Under the pieces are notes generated by a model, which was not told where the DNA came from, ran no database searches, and saw only the letters and a program-made list of their open reading frames with translations. The position numbers and the translations under genes were made by a program. DNA of 64,000 bases from Pocillopora damicornis (Eukaryota): contig NW_020847331.1 in NCBI RefSeq assembly GCF_003704095.1, positions 434,001 to 498,000 of the forward strand, written 5' to 3'. Shown one piece after another: positions 25,501-52,694 of this stretch (positions within the stretch are counted from its first letter, which is position 1; each line of letters begins with the position of its first letter).

Positions 25501-28500
25501 TGCCTTCTTCTAGCTCGTGGCCACGTTCTTCTCCAAGGGTCTTGAAAAGTTAACCGACGGTAAAAGCAACGGAAAATCACGGTACTAGATATTATTTGAA
25601 CTTTTTTTCCATAACACTTATTTGTCACCCTCTCTCCTCCATTTCAATGTTGCTTAGTGTTAACAAAGTGGTCCCTAATTTTCTTGCAACATTGTTAGGG
25701 AGAAGAGAGAGGGGAATTTGAAGTAACTTAGATGTAAATTACTAGATCGCTATTTATTGTGTCGACTACCTACTAAAGGGAGGTGTGCCAACTAGTTTGC
25801 CCCTCATCATAGAGAGACCAGTTATGACGCAGGATGGAATAGAAATGTTAGCTGCTAAAAATTATAATAATGATAATGAAAACAGAATCCTTAACTCAGA
25901 CACAAGCCAAAGCACTTTAAACGTAGATTCTCTTCTCTTTTTACCTCTGAATAGAATAGACTGTTAGCATAGACATGTACCAGTCGATTGCTGTCAGTTA
26001 CACCGTACGTGTAAATGACAACGATCTACGGTAGATGTACTCTGCTTACATGTATGATGCAAAAACTTGAGGGAGTGTACATTTAAATAAAAATAATAAG
26101 TAATTTTCATTTTTCTTTTTTCAGACATTTGATGATGGACTTAGTTATCGCGATGGTGCCCTATGTGGATGGGCAAAATATAAAGAAGCTCTATGATTTG
26201 GCGTCGCCATGGTTACAGGTGAATACAAGAGAATGAAGTGTCCAGTGTGAACACTTTGAGCTTGTTTTGTTCGTGTAACAAAGAAAACTTTTCAAGATTT
26301 TCGCAAATTTCTAATAAAGGCATGTTATAGCAAAGTACGCGATTTAATAACTTCACCGAAGTTATGGTTATAGTTTTTTTGTTTTGTTTTGTTTTTTTTG
26401 GCCTTCTTAATTTTTTGTGTCTTGCAATGTATCTTCAAGGGGGGCAAGGATTGAGAAGATTAACTCGAAATAATATTGGAATAACCTTAAAAGCATTCTA
26501 GTTAGAGGTAAAACCATATGACACGAAGTAATAGTCGTGCATCACCTTCTGCGTGCTGTTTATATTCAAGGCCACAGATATTACGCAGCAGAAGAAGGCT
26601 TATCGCGTATTGGAACAGATTTGTGGCGCTGAATCTGAGAGCAGCCAAGAGTTCGTCGTTTCACATCTTAGCGAACTTCAAGAAATTCTTTTAAAGACAT
26701 TAGCGGCGTCAAGTTCAGCTTCTAAAACTGTGAGTACTGTTGAGATGATGAGCTAACCTATGAGAAATTCTGAGTCTCCTGTAGAGAATTGGAACCATAA
26801 TTTGTAAACGTACAATACTCTTTGTCATGGTATGAAGGTGACGACTTGGATATAAAAAGAAAGAAGATTACCTCTCTTTTTTCCTTGCGGGGGGGAGGTG
26901 GTAAGAGGGGGGGGGAGGGCGAGGAACACGTTTGCCTTGTAGAAACTTGAGGAGCTGGTGAAGGGCTGCCTGCGATGAATCAAAATCTGTTCATGGAGTA
27001 CTACAATTTACACGCAGTACAAACTCTTACGTGAACCCTTCACACCATGAGTGACCAGCTGCTAATTTTTCCTTACAGTCTTATGGCCGAATCAAACTTT
27101 AAGGTCTTTGGAGAAAAGGAAATGATCACTTACTATGGAGGCTCTTGATTGTTATACAAATTCTCCTTGTCAGCACTGTAGGAAACGCATAGAGAAGAGT
27201 ATGGAGAATATCCATGCTGATGTTAAGGTGTGAAGGGTTTATGGGCCTCGTAAATACTGCGTGTAATGATTTCGGTAAAAATTTCTGGTCCTTTTCTTTT
27301 ACGTTAAAGCATTTGATTTTCATACGAGTCTAAATTTGGCGAGGAGGACATTTTAATTCTGTTTCTCTTCTCCTTTTTAGCCCCGTTTGCGCTGCCTTGC
27401 TCATATAATTAAAAAGGTGGAAGACCCTGCAGAGTTTATTCAAGCCATAATTCCTGAGGTAAGTTAGCCAACTTCCTCAAAGAGTGATTTTCAAGGGAAC
27501 ATCTAACGCAACTCAGATTACATTGGTTTTGTTTAACTGGTTGGTCTAGGAAAGTCACCCAAACCTCTAAACCAATCAGATGCAACCAATAAGAAATCAA
27601 ACAGTAAGCGATAGCAAGTCGATAACTTGCGCTTTCCCGTTCTTCGAGCGTTTTTTTTTTTTTTTTTTTTTTAAGTTCTCATTTCCTCCTGGTGACATTC
27701 AGTTTTCTTCCTTCTGATTGGCTTTTTTGATCACATTGTTCTTGGTTTAATGACACTCAATGAGACAGGGTTAGAAGTTTTAACTGTGCGGACAATTTTC
27801 AATTAATTTTCGACTGTAAGACGCTACTGTTCGTTGTCTTGTTCAAGGTGATACTTTGTTCCAGAGAAGTTTCTGTTAAAGCTCGCACATCGGCCTTGAC
27901 CTTACTGATTGAATGCTGCAACGCCAACTTCCGTTCGTCGGGCAAGACAAGACAAGGTGAGGAGATCTCTGAAATAATTACAACATTTCTGAAAACGCCT
28001 TGTGACGTTTTTTTCGGATACAGTTAATTCATTCTTCAGAGGTTTGAGTGTTTTTATTTTACAGGTTAGTTGTTCTGTTGAATTCACTTGTTACTATTTT
28101 ATATCTCTTATTTTGTTTTAGAATGTTTGATCTCTTTTCTGGAGTTGGTAGTTGCGGGCATCGCGGGCTCACCGCACATGATAAGTGCCACTATCATATC
28201 CCTGTCTAAGGTCGTGTACGAGTTTCGACGTGAGTATTAGACCAGCATCAAAAGCACATTTCGAGTTAAGCAGCGCCTTACGTTTATTGAATGGTTAACG
28301 TTGTGTTTACGCTTTCAATTTTCAGACGATGTTCCCAGTGCTTTGCTGGAGAAACTTATACAAGGTATTTTAGTTTGTCTGCGATCCACTGCTAGGGAGG
28401 TGATCAAGTCATGTCTAGGCTTCTTCAAGGTAAGGTTTCCTTAATAGAGACATTTAGCACCAGGGTTTTCGCATTAACGGTAAACCTGAAACGGCAGTTT

Positions 28501-31500
28501 CAGGTTAGGCGTTTGGCGTTTGACGTTTATGGCTTCTACTGCCTTAGCTACACCTCTCCAACAAATTGAAGAGGCCGCCATATTGAATTTCCAGACAACA
28601 GTAGTGTTTGATTTTCAAATGGCAACAAGAAGTCCTATTTTCACTCATTCGCTAAAAAATATATCTAAACTTGTTCTAAAAAGACTGGTTTACATAACTT
28701 TCTGATTTGTACTTGGCATACAAACAAATTCAGGATAAAAAGCGTTCAGGTAAATCACTTACGTGAAAACCTACCTCTTGGCGTTGAAAACGCTTGTTGA
28801 GAACTCCGAACGTGACCACATGGCTTGATCACGTGACCTCCACCGGTTTGCCGTTCGAGTTTTCCGCTGAAAACCCTGGTGCTAAATTTCACTAATATTT
28901 AGAGTGATACACAGTCGGGAAGCTTACTTTTTCATCTCTTAAGCGATGCAAGTGACATGCTCCACTCAGCGCGAAATTACTGTCGCATCGTGCAACGTAC
29001 TTAAGGTCAAGTCGCTCACATCTTGATACTTTGACTCACGTTTCGCGTAACAGAGAGATTGCAGGATTTTTAAACTAAAACTCATTGAAATAATGACTAT
29101 AATCGTTTGAAATGCAGAATTCTTTGGCTAAATTTCCAAAGCCTGATCTACAAGTGTATTTGTTTTTTAGACGTGGAGAATATCCTCCCGTTACTTTACA
29201 CTGTTCTCTTGCTACTAAAATTCTTAATTGAAACCTCTAAGTTTGGCAATCCTTTTTATTTTTTCACAGGTTATCATATCTGTTATGAACCAACAGGACT
29301 TGCTTCCCTATCTCCAGGAACTCGTAAGTGAAAAAATGAAGATCCATTAATTTAAAAGCTATTTTTATCAAACTTGTGGTTACAGTAGTAAATGTCGTTA
29401 TGTGAGAAGGGAAAGCTGTATTTCAAACTGCTGAGAGTTGAGTCATTGTGGCGTCTCGTTTCAGATAATTCATTAAAGGACCAAGTGCTGTTGAAACTCC
29501 CTTTTAGGAGATGTTGTTTGGACTTTTTTTTTGTAGATTGGTGGTCTGGTAGCCTGGAACGATGATGCCCGTCGGCGCTTTCGCTTCAATATCAAAGTTC
29601 TGTTCGAACGTCTCCTCAGGAAGTTTGGGTCAGTAGTAGTAAATCTGAGCCGTTTGTATTTCAGTTGGATTCCTTTATTAAAATCGTAATGTTATTTCCT
29701 CGTTTTGTTTATATTAATTACTTTCCTGTTACCTCAGAAAAATGTTGAGTGGAGCCAACACACACACCCAAAGATTCTTGAAATGATGGTGTGGCCTTAA
29801 TATCGGTATACTTGTGAAGGAAATGTAGATTTTGCAGGATTTCTTAAAACTCGAATGAAAACTTGAACATGAATTAAATTTTGTGTCGTTTCTTTGTTTT
29901 AACGGCCAGTTTTGGGAAGAACTGCATGGTCTATTTTCCATCGCTGGAGAGTATACGCCGAACACACTGACGTGTACCTCTCGTTTATCAAACCCCCAAA
30001 AGATACGTTTTGGTGGGAGAATGGTACCCGATTAGAACTTAAATTTAGTGAATCGTTGTATATTAACGTTGCTCGGGAAATATTATGATTTGAAATTATT
30101 TTTGAAAAAAATTATGAATGACGAACGTCGGATTTTATTGTGATTCCTCTGTTTTTTAGATACCAAACAATCTACAAGTGTACCCCTGAAGAACATCAAA
30201 AATTAGTTCACAACACTTACAAGACAACTCAGAGACTAAAGAGGCAGAAAATGGCGGCAAGGAGAGACAGAAAATCCGTGAGTATTACTTGAAGTTGGTT
30301 GTTCAAATTTTGTCGTAATTTTGACTGATTGGTTACAGGACTTTATGTCCAATTATGTGTATACTGAATATGAAAGCAGTCTTGGCAGTAATGAACACTA
30401 CGTAGAGAACATTTCCCAGTTGACTTGTTATCTCAGTTGGTGGAGCGCTGCACCGGTATCGCAGTGGTCCTGGGTTAAAATCCCTGTACAGGCCCCGTAC
30501 AGGCCTGAATTTTTTTTTCACGCCTTTTTTTCACTACTGCTCAAGTAGTTTTCATTACTGTGAATATCGCTTTCATATTTATTTCTTAAACCGCAGTCCA
30601 CATATATCATTTTCATATATTCAGCTCTTTTATGTGTATACATCCTGTTACGAGGTCGTCTGACATTGCTAATCACTTGTATAGTTGGACCTCACTCGGT
30701 CGTATTATCATTAAAAATGCTGCTATCTGTTAATATAGGATAGTTTTGTATGTGTGTGTATTATGCTACCTTCAATTTACATGGAAAAGACCAACATACC
30801 AACAGGAATATCGAATTCAAATTTTAAACGTGAAGTTGTTCCCTGTTCTTTGCACTGTAGCTCTATGGTGATAACGCATTAGAGACTCAATGCGTTTTGA
30901 AAAGTTGTAGAATCTGTAATTGGGTACCTTCGTTTCCAGCTTTGAGTCTTGTTTGTAACGTAATTCGACTTAATTCAATCTCTCCAGCACGAGGACAAAG
31001 AAGGATTCGATCAAGAATCGCCACAACTTGAAAGGTTGGTTTTTGATATAGCGGAGGCGCAAGTCCCAAAAGTAGCTTGAGTAAACAACGCCATTGCATC
31101 ACCAGTCCCACTGCACAAAGGGATTGCATTTGGGTTATCATCGATTTACATTTATCGAACTTTTATACATCAGTTGTACTAATATTGCTAGTATATTTGG
31201 GAACGCTCTGAGTTCGGCGTAAAACGAAAGAAACCTTTTTTTAATCCTTTTTTGTCATAACTTTTTTTTCGCCCTGATGATTCGAGGAGGAAATTCTGGA
31301 GGGCCCTCTGATATGATATACCTCTGTTCCAAGAGCACCTCTCCTAAAGGCTGTATACGAACTTGTTCATACTGAAAAGAAGTTCGTCTATCCTTTGTAT
31401 CTAATCGCTGCTTTGAACAGACAGGGGACACTTTTCTGTTTTCGTAGGTGTTGTTTGATCGAAGGTTCCAGTGAAGTTCGTTTAACATTACATTATTCAG

Positions 31501-33707
31501 TGAACAGTTTGCGTTCAGGAAAACGTTCAATCATTCAGTTGATGAGAAAAGTCTCAAAGCGACTGTGGTCTGTTCTACGCCGCGATCGTAGCTCGTGGAT
31601 CGCACTATCCGATTTAGTTTGTCTCGTACCACCTACTTAGAGTTCACGTCAGTGCAACGTTTACTTTTAGTTATGAAGATCTTATGTTTGGAGAAGATGA
31701 AGAGGAGGAGAGACCTGGTATGAAGAAAAAGAAACAGGTATCAACACCCGTTCCAAATATGCTTCAACTCCACATTTGTTTCAAGTTGATATTAGGGATG
31801 TTTTACTACTGATGAGTGTCTGATCTTTGTAGGAACCTGAATTAAGAAAGATGATATTTGTTCTTGTTGAGCATAGGGAAATGCCGTGGAAACAATAATT
31901 AACAGAATTTTGAAACTTTTTAATCGACTCGCAGGCTGCCAAAAAAGGTCAAGCCGGTGAACGTGTGAAAGGTCCAAAAGCCTGGATCCGAGAGGGAACT
32001 GAAGAAGAGCCTGTGGATTTTCTTGACCCGGGAGTGGTGCAGAGGGTTGTGGGTAAGACATTTCCTAGCATCCAGGCCCCAGTTGTTCGAAGGCTGGATA
32101 ACGCTATCCAGTGGATAAATCTGTATCCGGAGGTTAGCGCAGTACGTTTGTAAACGCTTATCCGTTGTATAGCAATTTATCCCTTTGATAGCGTTATCCA
32201 GGATGCTTAGGTACGTTTTTGCGCTTAAGTAAAATGTTAGCTTTCAAGGGAATATTGCTTGCTTATAATAAGCGAAAAATAATAAAATTCAAAGCGGTTC
32301 AAAATCACTTAGTTAACGATAATACCACAGAAAAAAACCACAGGGAAAAAAAGGAGCATGCATGAACAGTTAGATAAGTTACTCTGTTAGGCTGATACTG
32401 TTTCAATTCTTACAATGTCATGGAACATTTGATGACAGAAGAGTTTTGCGCCATACATGATTTCAACTTTTTTGCGGCCAAAGAGAGAGAGAAAAAAAGA
32501 CTTACTGAGAATCCATAGCTACATGAACTAGCTCAAGATCGTTTTGCGGACGATACTGTCATGGCAACAGTTGGAAGATGTTTTCCTCTGTGAATGTTTG
32601 GTAGAAAATGTAGCTCAAGAATGCATAGTTGAAACTGCTATATCTGAAGACACTCTTTGCTAACAATGGATCTCAGAAGTGTTATACGAGAGAACGTCTG
32701 AATCCATCAAGATGAATGAATTTAAAGTCCTCCATTGACTTCATATTTTTGTTCGTCCCAAGCAACGGATCCAAAAAAGCCTACCAAACGTAAAGCAACA
32801 GATGATTTCCAGGTTTCTTCCGATGGAAAGCTCATCATCCAAGATAACGAGGACGAGGAGGAACAACACGAGCCTGGATCCAAGCGTAAGAGAAAATCAG
32901 GTACATGTCCTTTGAGACGACTTCATGAATTATATTGTAGTTGTTGATGTGTAAGACTGCTCATTCAAACTGCCCTTCGTTAGCGTGTTATCCATCTGCG
33001 TATTTGTAACTGTGATTATGTTATCATTTTGGACAGGTCCGGAGGACCCCGTGGAGGATATGGAAGAGGTAAGCCGTGTTGTATTGCTGATACACTTGTG
33101 GGCTGAGCCTATGATAAGAAATGAGCAAAACATACACTGAAGTCGCACAATGCGCACTACGGGGTCAGTAGTATTGACGCAGCCGCCACCGCTGACCCAC
33201 CCCTCCCCCCCGAAAATATGTAAATCAATACGAAGAAATAAAAAGTGAGCCACAAATGAGCCATGCCTCGCTGACGAGACCTAACAAGGCTGGGAAAGTA
33301 GTTCATGGCTGTAACCTCAGTAGCTCTTTTTTTCATTTCATTTTCAATAGGAGATATAGTTTTACTATTACTGACAGGCGTAGTTGTGCACATTTTGTGA
33401 CTTAATGTACTATTTCGTTCAAGCGGCCACCTGCAAGAAAACCCACAAGTGGAAAGGGTAACTTGGCTAGAAAAAGAAGCAACCATCTATGTTCTTGATA
33501 GAATACATAACCATTTCCGTTCATGATAAAATAACAACCATTTATTCTATAATAAGAGTTTCTATCAACAAAAGGATTACTTTCTGTTAAATACCAGAAG
33601 TTGTGTAACAAATGATTCAATACACTGACTTTTTGTACGGGTGTTACAGAACTGCTTTAAAAGACGCACGAACCGATGTCTTATTATTATTGTTATTGAT
33701 ATTATTA

Positions 33708-33744
<37 letters not shown>

Positions 33745-35471
33745 CATTATTATTATTATTTTGCTATGAAGAGTTGTCACTAGTTAAAGATTAATTCATA
33801 TAACATTTTTCCACATTTCTTCAAGGATCCATTCCCAGGGAAAAAGAAGCGGAAATCTTTTGGTGGTAGTAATGAAGATGATGCGCTCGTTGAAGGTTTG
33901 TTTTTTTTTCGTTGGCATCTGCTCTGTTGTTATGACGTAGAATTAACTACCTTAAGTTTATCTAACAGAGGTTCCTTCGAGACGTGAAAAGAGTGATAAG
34001 GCGTTTGGAGCTGAGTACAAAGCGAAGGTATGGGTTAGTTTTGTTAACTGTCTATCATTACCCTCCTGTCCTCCTTACTGATCCGACACGTACTGTCTTA
34101 TTGACTAACTGAGGGACCGCCTGACCCTCCGATAGACCGAGTGATTTACTTGTTGACCAACTAATTGATCCATCGATTGATTGATTGATTGATTGATTAA
34201 GGGATTAATGTGATCAAAAGACTGACTGATCGATTGGCCGATGGTTTCATTAAATGATCAAGTCGTCGTCTTATTGATTGTGTTCTCGAATTTCTTCCTC
34301 AGTGTTAGGCTTAATGCTTCCTTTTGCGGTCTCTCACTTTTCGTAAAGTTAAATTCTTTTTTCACTCGTTGACAGATGTGTAGATAACTTAAAATGGAAA
34401 ATTTGATACAATATTACTTTTCTTCCTAATGTTGATCTTTCGTTTCGATCGCCATTTTGAAGAACTGCATATAACTAGCAAATACCTGACACTTTGTCGA
34501 CCGCTTGATTTTGTTTGAGCGCCTTTCTCGATTCTGTTATGCAGCTTTGTCAAAAGAGGGACTTTTGCGAGACCAAACGGTGGCTGCGACAGAGACTATT
34601 TTTCTTTGGTGCTATAACGAAACTGTTCGTGTACTGAACTATGTTACAAAGAAGCCAGGATTGAATCTCTACTGATACTTAAAAATTCTCTTCATTAACT
34701 CGATAGAAAGCGGGCGGTGATGTGAAGAAGAAAGGAAAACCAGATCCGTTCGCTTATGTGCCTCTCCAATTAAATATGCTCAACAAGAGGTAAGTGCTGA
34801 CGTGCCTCAAAATTTTATATAATGATTGCAGCGGGGCTGAGGGATCTTGAAATTTCCCGGTTCCTCTCCTTCTTCGCCTCTCTATCGTGATCAAAAAAAA
34901 GCTATCGCAACTCACTTCCCACAAGTATTTTTTGCATGTCATACTTTTCGTGAGGAGGTCTCTTTCCTCTCAAGACGCGTCTCGTTCATCGCAAAATGAA
35001 TCGTGTGTTCTACAAGTCGCGCTCCCCTTTTCGCAAATATGGTGTGTGCAACGCCTGTTAAATCAATGTACTTTCTAATCCGATAGTGTGTCACATCTTT
35101 TCAACAAAATAATTGTTCTCTTGCGTTTTTGCAAAGTTGTTGTCAAACACTAGGGACAAAGCACATTCACTGGCAAAGAAATAGGAAATGTTTTGAGGAA
35201 TTATGAAGCATAGTGATAGGCGATTGCGGCGTTTCTCTTTTCGACTCTCTGCTTAACCTGGGATGCTTTATCACGATCTTTCTTGTCACTTTGAAAGTGA
35301 CAGCCACTATGTCATCCCATGGCTCTTTACCGAAGGCTTTTGTCGTTAATATATCAATTGATTGATCTTTTTCACAGGAAGCAAAAGAAAATGACGGGCC
35401 AGTTTAAGGGCCTGGTACGAGCTACAAAACGCGGAGCAGCGAACGTCAAGCAAAAGAAAGGAAAAAGATGA
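10580..35471 (+). CDS. RRP12: RRP12-like protein (HEAT/NUC173 ribosome biogenesis and export factor), 41 coding exons, about 1275 aa
   Basis: The spliced translation follows human RRP12 end to end ([141 protein letters not shown]). All introns are GT-AG with consistent phases. Exons: 10580-10915, 12323-12352, 12604-12657, 13397-13473, 14182-14287, 14818-14934, 15463-15586, 15996-16072, 16886-16939, 17074-17172, 17590-17681, 18023-18134, 19175-19275, 20010-20088, 20458-20493, 21245-21345, 22071-22112, 22841-22965, 23257-23321, 23700-23750, 23895-24003, 24775-24923, 25514-25581, 26125-26218, 26571-26729, 27381-27458, 27848-27956, 28122-28229, 28326-28429, 29270-29323, 29537-29628, 30160-30277, 30988-31034, 31671-31737, 31935-32052, 32763-32900, 33037-33068, 33826-33895, 33969-34027, 34707-34789, 35378-35471. 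The sum is 3828 nt. The low-complexity exons 33 and 37-38 are the least certain. Confidence 0.96.
11055..11210. mobile_element. Highly decayed fold-back repeat, probably another Penelope-pLTR-derived family with the ribozyme core lost
   Basis: tgtagtcctg...aaggactgttgtc ... aatgtcactgtcaac...gactctcaccaggacaat resembles a common anthozoan inverted repeat. This is recalled, not searched. Confidence 0.35.
11310..12040. repeat. About 59-bp minisatellite (about 11 diverged copies) with an inverted partial copy at its left edge, RRP12 intron 1
   Basis: Recurrent ttagttactggcataaaatcttacagtatgta...aactgaa.gaaattac units at 11375-12040. Reverse-complement pieces (catactgtaagatttta, gattttatgcca) lie at 11315-11370. 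Confidence 0.88.
13597..13989 (-). mobile_element. tRNA-derived SINE-like element, 1.6 tandem units of 240 bp, with a 15-bp TSD
   Basis: The minus strand has A-box TGGCTCAGTTGG and B-box GGTT(C/A)AAATCC. The unit repeats at 13601 and 13841. TTATTAAAAATATTG flanks both sides (13582-13596 and 13990-14004). Confidence 0.85.
15070..15273. mobile_element. TTAA-type MITE
   Basis: Family consensus internal sequence. Ends ...ggggttaa. Confidence 0.7.
16653..16857. mobile_element. TTAA-type MITE (reverse orientation relative to the 7842 copy)
   Basis: ctttaactcccaagat...aaaggg|ttaa. It ends about 28 nt before the RRP12 exon 9 acceptor. Confidence 0.7.
17270..17520. mobile_element. Degenerate copy of the TTTTCAATTGAGTGTC-terminal MITE family
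   Basis: Similar to 19574-19818 (agtgtc.aaa, aaactt..gcaccac, caaccaa, acactcagttgagaa). Confidence 0.5.
19321..19480. mobile_element. 160-bp fold-back MITE with TIRs of about 45 bp (GGCC termini)
   Basis: ggccatttctgatgtattaaaaattctaacgtggctccgaggct pairs with agcctcggagccaagtttgaattttagtatatcgaaaatggcc. Confidence 0.8.
19574..19818. mobile_element. About 250-bp MITE with TTTTCAATTGAGTGTC TIRs
   Basis: Perfect 16-bp inverted termini at 19574-19589 and 19803-19818. Related copies lie near 8660-8890, 17270, 21452-21695, 27490-27765 and 39850-40090. Confidence 0.8.
20130..20285 (-). mobile_element. Penelope-like pLTR-derived repeat with a hammerhead core on the minus strand (RRP12 intron 14)
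   Basis: Minus strand 20282-20249 reads GUU-CUGACGA-A-GGGC-AAAC-GCUC-GAAA-A-GUC-AGC. Homologous to 10168-10390. Confidence 0.65.
21452..21695. mobile_element. MITE of the 19574 family, reverse orientation
   Basis: tttcgtttgagtgtcg... gggaaaacgcgggtga... tgattggt...aaagtggcggagttttt.gaccaatcac. Confidence 0.6.
21705..21812. mobile_element. Internally deleted copy of the 10168 element, with the hammerhead hairpin absent
   Basis: Both outer parts (aacaaggtaatttggtatt..ctgagttg and ccgacgcagcacca..gaacttacccc) are present, but the central inverted repeat is missing. Confidence 0.65.
24221..24355. mobile_element. Short MITE (CAGGGC.CGGTTGTT...AACAACC.GGGC) with internal atccagtggata repeats
   Basis: Imperfect TIRs cagggctcggttgttt / aaacaacctgggctag. 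A related partial copy lies at 32072-32200. Confidence 0.6.
24428..24712 (+). mobile_element. Old tRNA-derived SINE (conserved-core type), degenerate
   Basis: Remnants gtggcccaatg, ggacattgtgttgtgttctt, aatgggtacc, atactccttgtc and tgcagac..tacct resemble a widespread anthozoan SINE. This is recalled, not searched. Confidence 0.5.
27036..27237. mobile_element. TTAA-type MITE
   Basis: tgaa|cccttcacacc ... ggtgtgaaggg|ttta, with an 11-bp perfect TIR. Confidence 0.75.
28446..28893. mobile_element. About 450-bp non-autonomous DNA transposon with a 3-bp AAT TSD (PIF/Harbinger-related PHIS group)
   Basis: TIR agagacatttagcaccagggttttc / gaaaaccctggtgctaaatttcact. AAT lies on both sides (28443-28445 and 28894-28896). 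Confidence 0.85.
30365..30622 (+). mobile_element. tRNA-derived SINE-like element (same family as 13597) with an inverted 5' fragment
   Basis: tRNA-like head ctcagttggtggagcgctgcaccggtatcgcagtggtcctgggttaaaatccc, followed by the family tail. 30365-30400 is a piece of that tail in the opposite orientation. Confidence 0.8.
32072..32200. mobile_element. Partial MITE of the 24221 family
   Basis: ccaggccccagttgttcgaaggctggataacgctatccagtggataaatc...gatagcgttatccag. Confidence 0.6.
33140..33310 (+). mobile_element. Decayed non-LTR retrozyme-like fragment with a broken type I hammerhead (RRP12 intron 37)
   Basis: AGCCAUG-ccucg-CUGACGA-GACC-uaacaa-GGCU-gg-GAAA-guaguu-CAUGGCU (33259-33310). Stem I arms and both conserved boxes are visible, but helix II/III are disrupted. 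Confidence 0.5.
33681..33760. repeat. (TTA)n microsatellite
   Basis: Imperfect TTA run. Confidence 0.95.
34165..34235. repeat. (ATTG)n/(ACTG)n degenerate microsatellite
   Basis: gattgattgattgattgattgattaa...gactgactgatcgattg. Confidence 0.8.
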
Positions 35472-35903
35472 CATAAAATTCACGCAACGCCATGAGCCGT
35501 CAAATGCCTGTGGGGGTGGTGGGTGAATGGGTGAATCATCGAACGAGACACATTTGGGAAATATCCATTTTATGCTCTTTGCAGCTGAAGAACTATCCTA
35601 GAAATCTTCCCAAACTCCCCATTTATTTATGATTTTAACTCGTAAAGTTTTATGGGAAATGAACCTCTCATTTTTGCCGAGTGAAGCAAAATAGAAGCTT
35701 CCTCTACTTTGTGGTAAGGGTCGCGCTGTTTTATGAACAGGAATGGTAAGGTACTTACCTGTGAGAATTGTTTAATAAGCGCAATACGAAGGACACGACA
35801 AAAAAAGATGGTGATAGAAAACGGAGCTGAAAACTGATTCCTGCCCCCTTCACTATTTTAGTCGAGATTATTTGAAATATGTTCACTTTAGTTTGATTGA
35901 ACT

Positions 35904-35909
35904 AATAAA
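35904..35909 (+). terminator. Candidate polyadenylation signal for RRP12
   Basis: AATAAA about 430 nt after the RRP12 stop. ATTAAA also occurs at 35943. Confidence 0.45.
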
Positions 35910-36114
35910 TCGAAAAACACTTTAGCTATCTACATTGTCGGTATTAAAAGAGTAACCTCGATAAACTATTTGACTAAATCACCAAATTTTGAACTACATT
36001 CCTTAAAACGGATACAATCACCTCTTTTGGCTAAGTACTAAAAATTGAAAAATTCAAAACCTAATCTGTATTATTTAGCCTAAATGCAGCCTTGAAATCT
36101 TGTGGATGCACAAC

Positions 36115-36120
36115 TTTATT
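36115..36120 (-). terminator. Candidate polyadenylation signal for the ferlin gene
   Basis: AATAAA on the minus strand about 140 nt after the ferlin stop. Alternatives lie at 36223-36228 and 35622-35627. Confidence 0.4.
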
Positions 36121-36261
36121 TGCTGACTAGTAACAAAGCTTTCCTTTACTCTGCGCAATCACTCCCTGATTGTTTCCAATATGAAGCCGTGTAAACGCAG
36201 GGCCGAGCTTGATATTTCAACTTTTATTTCCAAGAATTGACCAACTGAACTTTCAGCCTTT

Positions 36262-52694
<16,433 letters not shown>

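Noticed and set aside
31271-31305. Hammerhead-like CUGAUGA...GAAA
   Set aside because: No helix III and no properly placed stem I, so a chance match.
33577-33794. Poly-Ile/poly-Leu ORFs (also 37780-38049)
   Set aside because: Translations of (TTA)n microsatellites.
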